Below the pieces are notes generated by a model. That model saw only the letters and a list, made by a program, of their open reading frames with translations. It searched no databases and was not told where the DNA came from. From positions 6,569 through 70,568 of the forward strand of contig MGHG01000005.1 in assembly GCA_001793095.1 (NCBI GenBank): a stretch of 64,000 nucleotides of DNA. Reading direction: 5' to 3'. Positions 9,533-17,973 of the stretch are shown here, piece after piece (position 1 is the stretch's first letter; every line of letters begins with the position of its first letter). Both the position numbers and the translations under genes were made by a program. This stretch comes from Candidatus Woesebacteria bacterium RIFCSPLOWO2_01_FULL_39_23 (lineage in GTDB: Bacteria > Patescibacteriota > Microgenomatia > UBA8517).

Positions 9533-10396
9533 ATGGTACAAGATTCCTTAAAAAGTCTGCTCCCCAAATTTATTAAGAATTTGGAAGAAAAAAAACGTTC
9601 CCCCTCTACTATACTCGCATATAGAGCAGATCTGGAACAATTGGTATCATTTCTAATAGAAAAAGGTAAAGTAACCAGTGATCAAGTTAAATCTGAAGAT
9701 ATAGAAGCCTTTAGAGATTCTCTCTTAACCCAGAAATATACCCCAAAATCCGTTTCAAGGAAGCTAAACGCAATTAAAACCTTTTTCAGATGGATTATTG
9801 ACGGCAAATTTGCAACATACGATCCTTCCTCAAACGTATCCCACCCCAAAGTCGAAATTTCTAATCCCAAGTTTTTATCTCCCCTCGAATACCGCGCTTT
9901 AAGAGATGTTGTCCGGGGTGATTTGCGAGTTGCAGCCATAATTGAGCTTATTCTCCAAACAGGACTCCGAATTTCCGAAGTATCAAACCTTAAAATTGAT
10001 GATATTAAAGATAGTAACTTAAAAGTCAGAGCATATGCGACCCAGCTCGAGCGTGTAATTCCACTTAATAATCCCGCCAAACAAGCACTAGACCAGTATC
10101 TCAAAGGTAGGCCAAAAGGAGATTCCGAATATATTTTTGTAAGTAAGAATTCAAAACCTCTGGCTATAAGAAACGTTCGCGCAGCAATTGATAGATATTT
10201 CCAAAGAGCCGAAATAGCAGGCTATTCGGTAAATGATCTGAGAACAACTTTTGTCGTTCAAAACCTTAAGGCGGGTGTCGATTTAGTCTTTTTATCTAAA
10301 GTTTCCGGCCACAGACGCCTTTCAACCACCGAGCGCTACCTCGAACTTGCTCAAATAAAAGAATCCGGCAAGAAACAAACCCTCGAAGAATTATAA
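9533..10396 (+). CDS. XerC/XerD-like tyrosine recombinase
   Basis: SAM-like N-domain (SPSTILAYRADL), TGLRISE, NDLRTTF, SGH...TTERY. Confidence 0.85.
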   Translation: MVQDSLKSLLPKFIKNLEEKKRSPSTILAYRADLEQLVSFLIEKGKVTSDQVKSEDIEAFRDSLLTQKYTPKSVSRKLNAIKTFFRWIIDGKFATYDPSSNVSHPKVEISNPKFLSPLEYRALRDVVRGDLRVAAIIELILQTGLRISEVSNLKIDDIKDSNLKVRAYATQLERVIPLNNPAKQALDQYLKGRPKGDSEYIFVSKNSKPLAIRNVRAAIDRYFQRAEIAGYSVNDLRTTFVVQNLKAGVDLVFLSKVSGHRRLSTTERYLELAQIKESGKKQTLEEL

Positions 10397-10532
10397 TATT
10401 CCAAGGTGAAGTCAGCGATTTGTAATCCTGAGTGGATCTCAGATGGTGAGCGCAGTCGAATCCCTCGAAGGAGTCGAAGGACAAACTTTGGAAGAACTAT
10501 AATCCGATAAAGTAGAGGCTTCTCCTTGCCAA

Positions 10533-10823
10533 TTAATCGCTTTCGCGTAAATCTCTAGGACGTTTTTCCTCTCTACTTAATCCAGTACCAGTCGAAGTTG
10601 GAGTAATTGGATTAGTACCTCTTCCTTGTGGTTCAGGATCAAATACACTCTTTAAGTCTGCTTCAAGTTGGTTTCTTCTGTAAGGGTTATCTCCCGCCCA
10701 ACTTTCTAATATTTTTCTTGAATCTTCAATCGGACCGAAGTTCCCACCCGTTTTAATATTTGGTATATGAATACGATAATCTACCGGAAGCTCGCCTAAC
10801 CGCTCCTTTTTTATTTCCGACAT
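10533..10823 (-). CDS. hypothetical protein
   Basis: ORF track. Confidence 0.55.
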   Translation of the reverse strand: MSEIKKERLGELPVDYRIHIPNIKTGGNFGPIEDSRKILESWAGDNPYRRNQLEADLKSVFDPEPQGRGTNPITPTSTGTGLSREEKRPRDLRESD

Positions 10824-10880
10824 AATAAGTTTTTATCATCTTAATTATAACAAAAATCTCATTTTCGACATATCGAAATT

Positions 10881-10955
10881 TGGTGGAGCCGCTTGGAGTC
10901 GGACCAAGTACATCGATCTTATAAGGATCGCGTTCTGCCGGTGAACTACGGCTCC
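10881..10955 (-). tRNA. tRNA-Ile(TAT) with encoded CCA
   Basis: GGAGCCG/CGGCTCC-A-CCA acceptor, CGATC-CT-TAT-AA-GATCG anticodon arm, CTTGG-TCCGACT-CCAAG T-arm (atypical TCC). Confidence 0.85.
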
Positions 10956-10998
10956 CCAAATTCCGCTATAAGCCAAGCTTGCATCTCACTACGTTCGA

Positions 10999-11034
10999 TG
11001 TAAGAGTCGCGCTCTACCATTGAGCTACAAGCCC
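10999..11034 (-). pseudogene. 5' half of a tRNA truncated at the anticodon by a palindromic repeat (Ile-TAT or Val-TAC relic)
   Basis: GGGCTTG-TA-GCTC-AATGGTA-GAGC-G-CGACT-CT-TA(C); no matching 3' half found in the window. Confidence 0.65.
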
Positions 11035-11079
11035 AAGATTTCGCTTTATCTGAAGCTATATTATATAACAGAAGGTAAG

Positions 11080-11289
11080 TTAAAGAAACTTAATTATATC
11101 CTTGACTGCAAAGTTACGTTCCTCATTCTTTTCCAAATCTAAAGCTTTTAGAAACCATTGCTCTTTCGGATGCCACTGGGTCTTGCCATACCAAAGCTTG
11201 ACAGGTTGAACCCGCCTAATGGCTACTTCACTCTGCCAGTTGGTGTATTCGAATTTTAGGGGTATAACACGAGTCTGTTTCTTAACCAT
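11080..11289 (-). CDS. stand-alone WYL-domain protein
   Basis: F.YTNW..E...RRVQP.KLWYG...WH...QWFLKALDLEKNEERNF. Confidence 0.8.
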   Translation of the reverse strand: MVKKQTRVIPLKFEYTNWQSEVAIRRVQPVKLWYGKTQWHPKEQWFLKALDLEKNEERNFAVKDIIKFL

Positions 11290-11308
11290 AACGTTTATAT
11301 TTACCACT

Positions 11309-11347
11309 AAGTAGTTCAAGTAGAACAGGTACTACAAGTAGAACAAG
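11309..11347 (+). repeat. tandem 9-mer array (consensus ARGTAGAAC, 4 copies)
   Basis: AAGTAGTTC AAGTAGAAC AGGTACTAC AAGTAGAAC. Confidence 0.75.
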
Positions 11348-11351
11348 AAAA

Positions 11352-11720
11352 TTAACTTTCGATCTTGTCTTTGTAACGATATAAAAGAAATGAAACTTTA
11401 GCTCTCTGTTTATCAAATTCTTCGTACTCATCACTACTCCAGTAGTTAACCGCTTTCACCACTTCACCTTGGCTTTCAAGTTCAAGAAGGGAGCCCTCAG
11501 CTATCTCAAGATATCGAAGCTTATCTTTAATAGATCTTCTTACCCAACCCTCTGCAATTTGGCTCATTATTGAAACAGTTGCTCTTCTCATCTGAGATTT
11601 AAGTCCAAATTGCTCGCTATTCGGAAAATTCTCTGTTAACCGGTAAACTAATATTGTCAATTCCTTCGCTTCTTGCCATACAATTAAATCTCTGTACCCG
11701 GAAATATTTTTATACGTCAT
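11352..11720 (-). CDS. four helix bundle protein (23S rRNA IVS protein / bAvd-like family)
   Basis: YRDLIVWQ.A...FP.SEQFGL.SQMRRA.VSI.SQIAEG...YL.IA.GSL.ELE. Confidence 0.9.
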   Translation of the reverse strand: MTYKNISGYRDLIVWQEAKELTILVYRLTENFPNSEQFGLKSQMRRATVSIMSQIAEGWVRRSIKDKLRYLEIAEGSLLELESQGEVVKAVNYWSSDEYEEFDKQRAKVSFLLYRYKDKIES

Positions 11721-11728
11721 ATATTATT

Positions 11729-11767
11729 CCTGCTCTACCTGATCTACTTGTAATACGTGTTCTACCT
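11729..11767 (-). repeat. tandem 9-mer array inverted relative to 11309-11347
   Basis: Reverse complement reads AGGTAGAAC ACGTATTAC AAGTAGATC AGGTAGAGC. Confidence 0.75.
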
Positions 11768-11768
11768 G

Positions 11769-14090
11769 TCAGAGCTTTGCTCTTCTTGATATTTCCGCTT
11801 CAACCAAACGCAGATCCCGTCCATAATTAAGCTTGCTCATTTCCTTTATTATGTCAGCAATTTTCGGATTATCCTTCTTCTTTTCTTTAGCAAGATCTTT
11901 AGTTACATCCATCGAAAAAGGCGGAACTGGCTCATTGTTGACCGTTGTTTTAATATAAGCATGAAACTTTTCGATATTAAGAAGATCGTCTTCTCCAAAA
12001 ACAGGGCTATACTCATGAGCCAGATAATTTGCGTCAGTTACGCCAACTCTGAAGGAAATAATAGTACCGACATTCCCGAACACCGCATTTTTCACCTCTT
12101 CTTCAACCTGACCTATAAATTGGTTGGCAACGGTTAAGTTCAGTCTGTATTTTCTTGCCTCAGAAAGAATTTGGGCAAAGTCAGGAGTAGCAAAGTTCTG
12201 GAACTCATCGACATATAAATAAAAATCGCGCCTCTGATCCTCAGGAACATCTGCCCGACTCATGGCCGCCATCAGAATCCTGGGAACCAATATGAGTCCT
12301 AAGAAACTCGAGTTTTCCTCCCCTATTTCACCTTTGGATAAATTGATGAAAAGAATTTTACCCTTATCCATTACGTCTCTGAAAGAAAATGAAGATTGGG
12401 ATTGGCCTATGATATTTCTGATCATCCTATTTGTTACAAAGCGGCCGAATTTCGAAACAATATAATCCAAAACTTCAGATTTATGGAAGTCTGCCGTTTG
12501 AGCAATTTGATCAGTCCAGTACCGTCTGATAATAGGGTCTGTTACCTTAGGCAACAGCTCCTGTACATAGCGCGCATCAGTGAGGGCTCTCATAACCTCA
12601 ACGAACGTTGCTCCCTCATCGCACATAACAGTCAACATTGCATTTCTGACAGCGTGCTCAAAGCGAGGACCGACAATACCGGTTTTATAGGGATCGAAAA
12701 GTTTATACATCATATTAATAACTGCCGTTGCTGCAAAATGCTTTTGATCTTCGGTCCTTGCCTCTAAAAGATTAAGTCCCATCGGGCGTTCGGTGTCGGC
12801 GGGATTGAAGTAAATTACGTCTTCAGCACGCTCGGGCGGAATTCTTTTTAGCAGATCCTCAATTGCATCACCGTGCGGATCCATGTAGCACAGTCCCTTC
12901 CCCTCATTAATATCCTGCATAATCATTTGCTTCTCCAGCTCGGTTTTACCGGTACCCGTCTTACCGATAATATAAATATGTCTTCTTCTGTCATCTTCCC
13001 GTATATAAACCGGCCTCCTGACGCCTCTATAGGTACTCATACCAAAATAAAGACCTTCTGACGGAATTTCCTGAGGCGCGGGTGCCGTTTTTGCGTATAC
13101 CCAATGAATATGGGGTGTTGTTATCTGTTTATTTGGGAAATGGTAAATTGTTGCAAGCTCCTCAGAATTCAAGATCGTTCGTCTATTTCCCCAAAGGTGA
13201 AACATCGGTTGATAACGGTAAATAAAATCTTCGATGAAAGCACCTTTTTGGCGGATAGTTCGACTCTTGAGATTATTTAAATCACTCGAGAGCTGGGCAA
13301 AAGTGCTGCTAATATTTGCTAAATGCGCCTTAGCTGAATTTTCATCCCTTGAAACAACAACTACCCTAACTGATGTTTCAAACCCAACCTTACTGACTTT
13401 GTTTTCGATTGCCTCTAGCGTCTTTGCAGGAACTGAAAATTTCGCTTTTTGTGGGTCCGACTCCTGTTTTTTAATATTTGATACGAAAGTTGACCCGGAT
13501 TTTTGCCATAACAAATCAACCGGTGTCAGTAGTATCTGAATTGCGGCAGACTCACCTTCACCCATTTTCGCCAATGCCGAAGTAAGCGAAGAAAGCGGAT
13601 CGGTAGCCAACTCTCTAAAAGTTTTCAAGGGGTAATAATTATCTTTCGCCAGTTGAAAAGCTTTATAAGCAACCTTCCCGTCTTCGGTAAAAATATTATA
13701 TTCCTGAACTTCGACAATATCGGCGTCTGTATAGGCTCCGTGAATCTGTTTCTCGACCAAATCCTGAAATTCTTTTGGTGTCCATATATAGAATCTGATA
13801 TCTTCTTTCTTAGCTACAATCTCAAAAGAAACATTCGGCTGGAATGAATACTTCTGCTTCCAACCTCCCTTTTTAATCGCGAAGAGGGAAGCAAACAGTT
13901 GTTCCATTGCATCGATTTTGACTTCGTTATTTTTATGGACAGCAACCTGAAGTAAAACGGAATCAACCGATCTTTCCTCCCTTCCTCTATAACGAAACTT
14001 CGTGTAAGCATAGATTGAAATCGCGGCAATTATAAAAATAAAAATCGATACAAAAAACAAAATTACAAAAATAAGATTAACGTCAATCAT
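11769..14090 (-). CDS. VirD4/TraG/HerA-like membrane-anchored ATPase
   Basis: N-terminal TM, IGKTGTGKT, DPHGD, LYVDEFQNF, SEARKY, ANQ. Confidence 0.85.
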   Translation of the reverse strand: MIDVNLIFVILFFVSIFIFIIAAISIYAYTKFRYRGREERSVDSVLLQVAVHKNNEVKIDAMEQLFASLFAIKKGGWKQKYSFQPNVSFEIVAKKEDIRFYIWTPKEFQDLVEKQIHGAYTDADIVEVQEYNIFTEDGKVAYKAFQLAKDNYYPLKTFRELATDPLSSLTSALAKMGEGESAAIQILLTPVDLLWQKSGSTFVSNIKKQESDPQKAKFSVPAKTLEAIENKVSKVGFETSVRVVVVSRDENSAKAHLANISSTFAQLSSDLNNLKSRTIRQKGAFIEDFIYRYQPMFHLWGNRRTILNSEELATIYHFPNKQITTPHIHWVYAKTAPAPQEIPSEGLYFGMSTYRGVRRPVYIREDDRRRHIYIIGKTGTGKTELEKQMIMQDINEGKGLCYMDPHGDAIEDLLKRIPPERAEDVIYFNPADTERPMGLNLLEARTEDQKHFAATAVINMMYKLFDPYKTGIVGPRFEHAVRNAMLTVMCDEGATFVEVMRALTDARYVQELLPKVTDPIIRRYWTDQIAQTADFHKSEVLDYIVSKFGRFVTNRMIRNIIGQSQSSFSFRDVMDKGKILFINLSKGEIGEENSSFLGLILVPRILMAAMSRADVPEDQRRDFYLYVDEFQNFATPDFAQILSEARKYRLNLTVANQFIGQVEEEVKNAVFGNVGTIISFRVGVTDANYLAHEYSPVFGEDDLLNIEKFHAYIKTTVNNEPVPPFSMDVTKDLAKEKKKDNPKIADIIKEMSKLNYGRDLRLVEAEISRRAKL

Positions 14091-14424
14091 TCATGCTTCC
14101 TCCACTTTTAATCATCCGCCAGCCAAAATGAACTGCCTTTTGAATAAGTCTAATCCAAAATACTGCAAACCATGTCAAGGCATCATCGGCAGATCCTTTA
14201 GTCCAGGCAGTAAGTTGTGTTTGAGATGCCGGAATTTGAATAGTAACCTGCTGGGTTTTCGGTGTTCGAATTAAGGGTTTCCCCGAGTCATCGGTTACTT
14301 GCGCAGTAAAGTCATCACGCCGTGTTTTTACACCAAGCCCTTGTTCTACCTCCGGCGGAATCTCTGTGGGTCGCTCCGTTACTAATTCCTCCTTGGATGT
14401 AACACCCCGTTCAACATCTGCCAT
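14083..14424 (-). CDS. hypothetical protein, translationally coupled to the ATPase
   Basis: ORF track; overlaps the ATPase start. Confidence 0.65.
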   Translation of the reverse strand: MADVERGVTSKEELVTERPTEIPPEVEQGLGVKTRRDDFTAQVTDDSGKPLIRTPKTQQVTIQIPASQTQLTAWTKGSADDALTWFAVFWIRLIQKAVHFGWRMIKSGGSMND

Positions 14425-14496
14425 AGTAATACCATTTTAGCAAATGGCGAAATTTCTTAATAGTACCTGGAGTCATGCTGAACTTGTTTCAGCATC

Positions 14497-15045
14497 CTAT
14501 CTCTTTTTCACAATCCAAATTATTTCCTTTCCACCTTCTTGTAAATTAGCCCACCTAGCAAAAGTGTAAAGAGAATCTGATAAACGGTTAAGATAAGTTA
14601 ATATGGAAGGTTTTACCTTTCCAGACTCGGAATAAGCTACTACCTCCCTTTCCGCTCGTCTAGATAATGCTCTGGCAAATTGAAACAGTGATGCGGTTTT
14701 GGATCCGCCCGGGAGTATAAAATTTGTTAATGGTGGAATTTCTGTGTCAAGCAGATCTATAAGCTTCTCTAAATGAGTTGTTTGGCTTTTAGAAAATTTA
14801 AGATCGGATCCAGCAAGAATAGAGCCTATATTTAAAAGGTTGATCTGCATTCTTTCGATTTCTTTTTTCACCAGAGGCAAACCCTCACTAAAAGCGGAAA
14901 CGATTCCCAAATAACTATTCAATTCGTCAACGGCTCCGATTGCAGAAATAAGAGGCGCGGATTTTGGAAGTCTTACGGATTTCCCCTCAACTTTTCTATA
15001 TATTCCCGTCTCCCCCCGATCCCCTTTCTTTGTATAAATGGACAT
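14497..15045 (-). CDS. pduO: ATP:cob(I)alamin adenosyltransferase, PduO type
   Basis: IYTKKGD.GET, GAVDELNS.LG, FILPGG, RRAER, YLNRLSD. Confidence 0.93.
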   Translation of the reverse strand: MSIYTKKGDRGETGIYRKVEGKSVRLPKSAPLISAIGAVDELNSYLGIVSAFSEGLPLVKKEIERMQINLLNIGSILAGSDLKFSKSQTTHLEKLIDLLDTEIPPLTNFILPGGSKTASLFQFARALSRRAEREVVAYSESGKVKPSILTYLNRLSDSLYTFARWANLQEGGKEIIWIVKKR

Positions 15046-15068
15046 AGGTTAAATTGTTAACAGTATAT

Positions 15069-15443
15069 TTAATCAATTTTGGGTTCGGAGTGGTGAAATT
15101 CTCGATAAATAACTTCAGCATTTCTTTTCGACTTAATCGAACCAGCTACAATCTCACCTAATACTTGCGCGTTTTCTATTTCTGTCCAGGAAAAACCCAA
15201 CTCTCGTTTCTTATGAGACATATCAAACAACTTCGAAGAATCTTCTGTTATTCTAGGGTCTGAATTTTTATAGCCTTTTACTTGCATAAAGAATTTTAAA
15301 TAATCAAGCAGCTCACGATGTATCCAACCTTTACTACTTTCCACAATATCTTTCCTGCCATTTGGAGTTACCACAACGACTTCTACCATATCTTCGCGGC
15401 GTCTCTCTATCTTTTGATGATCAAATCCGGTTTCAACTCCCAT
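15069..15443 (-). CDS. hypothetical protein
   Basis: ORF track; GAGGT SD-like sequence upstream. Confidence 0.55.
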   Translation of the reverse strand: MGVETGFDHQKIERRREDMVEVVVVTPNGRKDIVESSKGWIHRELLDYLKFFMQVKGYKNSDPRITEDSSKLFDMSHKKRELGFSWTEIENAQVLGEIVAGSIKSKRNAEVIYREFHHSEPKID

Positions 15444-15585
15444 TTCATTTACCTCGATATATCTTATAGCTCTGAGGTTAGAAAATTGTATAACAAATCA
15501 TTAATTGAGTCAAAAGAGGTTCCTCACTCCGTTACTACCACACCCTGTAGCGTGGTAGTAAGAATTATGTGTTATCTTTATCAAT

Positions 15586-15710
15586 TTGAAGTTCCTTTAG
15601 ACGTGGCCGAAGCCATTGTGTGGTCAAGCGTCCCCGCTAGGCAGGGCATTTCCAGAAGTTCTGGTGGTTCTGCCAGCATAACAGCTCCAGTCACATCTAA
15701 AGACCCTCAA
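15586..15710. ncRNA. candidate structured RNA (long rod with central bubble, 6S-like topology)
   Basis: Closing stem CTTTAGACGTGGC/GTCACATCTAAAG, apical stem GCTAGGCAGGGC..CCAGAA/TTCTGG..GTTCTGCCAGC, and a cUUCGg hairpin on the minus strand; GC-rich island in AT-rich intergenic DNA. Confidence 0.35.
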
Positions 15711-15809
15711 TGCAAGATATTAAGCGATCCGATATTGAGATATCAGGAGAAAATCCAATCCAATTCTCTTAATATCTTTATATCCCAATATCCTAATATC
15801 TCCGTATTG

Positions 15810-17966
15810 TTAAAGTTCGCAGGTCGAATACCCGCATTTTTTACACTTAAGACATTTTCTGTCTCTAATCAGTTTACCACTACAGTTAGGACAAATATTT
15901 ACTCCGCCGGCTGGCGGATTTTTTCTTCCCCCGAATTCAAACACTTGATCGTTCTTTGTTCTATCGCGATAAACAGTCAGTCCTTTACAACCAAGCTTCC
16001 AGGCTAGCACATAAGCTTCCTGAATATCTTTAGGAGTTGCCGAAGCGGGCATATTTATCGTTTTTGTAATCGCGTTATCTGTCCACCTCTGGAAAGCTGC
16101 CTGCATTTTTATATGATCCCTCCAATTTATATCGTGAGCCACTTTGAAAATCCGCCTAATATCGGCGGGAATTTCTTGTATATTTTGGATACTCCCATGA
16201 TGATCGATAACCATTTGTATTAATGCATCCGAATATATTCCCCGCTCTTGTAGCTTCTTCACAAAAAGAGGCACCACAGTTCGAAGATGCATGCCATCAA
16301 GTACATTTTGTTCATAGGCAAGTGCAAAATAGGGTTCAATTCCAAAAGAAGTTTCGCAGATAACGGCATTTCCGGAGCTTGGAGGAAAAGTAAGGAGAGC
16401 AACATTTCTGGGTTTTTTCGCTCTTTTTGCCCATATTGAGTCTTTGACTAAAGGAAACGGACCTTTTTCTTTAGCAAGCTTGCATGAAGCTTCAAATGCT
16501 GCCTCGTACATCGTTTTTGTTACATGCTCAGCTAAGTCAAAAGCTTCCTTGGAGTCATATGGAATTCCAAGTATCGTAAGAGCTTCAGCCCATCCGACAC
16601 AGCCAATTCCTATTCTTCTGTGCGCTCTCACCGATTCAGTGACCTCCGTAACCGGAAACCATGAGGCGTCAATCACGTTATCCATTAATCTCGTGGCAAT
16701 TACCATAACGCTTGTCAATTTGTCAAAATCGAAGGTACGAGCTTCAGGATTGACAAACTTAACGAAATTAACATACCCCAAATTACATGATTCATAAGGA
16801 TACTGGGGAATCTCACCGCACACATTAGTAGCTAATATCGGACCTTTTTTGGCCAATAACGGATTCCCGAATTGCGTGCCTTTATTAATTGCTGAAAGAT
16901 TAAGTATTCCCGGATCTCCTGTTTGCCAAGCCATCGTTGCCATGAGCTCCAAAATCGAGCTTGCCTTGACAGTATTTACTACCTCGTTAGTTCTTGGGTT
17001 AACTAGTTTCCAGTCTTTGCCCTTCAATGCAGCTTGCATAAAAGCATCGGTAATACCGACCGAGATATTGGTTTTACTTAAATAGCCGTCATTTTGTTTT
17101 GCTGCAATAAAATTAAAGATATCCGCATGGTCAGCGTTGAGAACCGCCATATTGCCGGATTCATATCTGCCCTCCTGACGGAAAAGCGACGTCATCAAGT
17201 CAAACATCTCGATTATCTTAACCGGTCCTGCTGCAAGATCCGGAATACCCCCTACAACATCCCCCTCAGGTCTGACATTAGAAAAGTTGTAGCCGCATCC
17301 TCCGCCATGTTTTTTAATAAGAGTCGATTGATGGAGAATCTTAAAAATAAAATTAATATCATCTTCCACCGGCCAGACAAAACAATTCCCGAGCTGAGCG
17401 GCCTTCTTGCCTGCATTTGCCAGAGGCCTGGTTCCCGGGTGGAATTCAAAATTTATCATGACATCATAAAATTTCTTGTACCACATATCCTGATTTTTCT
17501 TACCCTTTTCAACACTTGCTAAAAATCTGGCAACTCTGTCAAACATTCCGCCGGGAGTTTCGATAATTTCTCCCTTTTCATTTCTACTGAGGTATCTTTG
17601 CTTTAATATGTATAACGTATTATAGGAAAGCCCAATATCGTCTTTTACTCCAAGAGATTCCTTATCCTGCCGGGCGTGTTTCTTATTCTCACGAAAGCGG
17701 ATAAACTCCTTGGCAGTTTTTGCGTGACCTCGTTCAATCAAGACTTTTTCTACAAGCTCGCCAATTTCAGTCGTTTTAATACTTTCACCATTCGGATATC
17801 TTATCTCTAAAGTCTCCTTTACCAATTCTCCCAACTCGAGTGCCAAGTTTTTATCATTACCGCCTACTTTTTGCGCAGCCATCCAAATACTTTCCGTGAT
17901 CTTCTCAACTGAAAACATTTCCTTCTGACCGGAAAGTTTAATTACCTTTTTTGCAGTTTGCGTCAT
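15810..17966 (-). CDS. nrdJ: class II (adenosylcobalamin-dependent) ribonucleotide reductase with N-terminal ATP cone, divergent copy
   Basis: ATP cone, GNCFV, GGGCG, TNVCGE...ESCNLG, ITKTIN, GCKGLTVYRD, C-terminal Zn ribbon; start set at ATG 17966 just after the upstream stop. Confidence 0.9.
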   Translation of the reverse strand: MTQTAKKVIKLSGQKEMFSVEKITESIWMAAQKVGGNDKNLALELGELVKETLEIRYPNGESIKTTEIGELVEKVLIERGHAKTAKEFIRFRENKKHARQDKESLGVKDDIGLSYNTLYILKQRYLSRNEKGEIIETPGGMFDRVARFLASVEKGKKNQDMWYKKFYDVMINFEFHPGTRPLANAGKKAAQLGNCFVWPVEDDINFIFKILHQSTLIKKHGGGCGYNFSNVRPEGDVVGGIPDLAAGPVKIIEMFDLMTSLFRQEGRYESGNMAVLNADHADIFNFIAAKQNDGYLSKTNISVGITDAFMQAALKGKDWKLVNPRTNEVVNTVKASSILELMATMAWQTGDPGILNLSAINKGTQFGNPLLAKKGPILATNVCGEIPQYPYESCNLGYVNFVKFVNPEARTFDFDKLTSVMVIATRLMDNVIDASWFPVTEVTESVRAHRRIGIGCVGWAEALTILGIPYDSKEAFDLAEHVTKTMYEAAFEASCKLAKEKGPFPLVKDSIWAKRAKKPRNVALLTFPPSSGNAVICETSFGIEPYFALAYEQNVLDGMHLRTVVPLFVKKLQERGIYSDALIQMVIDHHGSIQNIQEIPADIRRIFKVAHDINWRDHIKMQAAFQRWTDNAITKTINMPASATPKDIQEAYVLAWKLGCKGLTVYRDRTKNDQVFEFGGRKNPPAGGVNICPNCSGKLIRDRKCLKCKKCGYSTCEL

Positions 17967-17973
17967 GATGGTA

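Noticed and set aside
11352-11720. Diversity-generating retroelement (the protein is Avd-like)
   Set aside because: No reverse transcriptase and no template/variable repeat pair with adenine-specific mismatches seen in the window.
9533-14090. Integrative conjugative element (recombinase + tRNA + VirD4-like ATPase)
   Set aside because: No relaxase, VirB4 or mating-pair genes and no att direct repeats; such ATPases are common chromosomal genes in CPR bacteria.
15450-15810. Cobalamin riboswitch between nrdJ and pduO
   Set aside because: The conserved B12-box and GGGAA/CCCGC-ACTGT elements could not be found on either strand.
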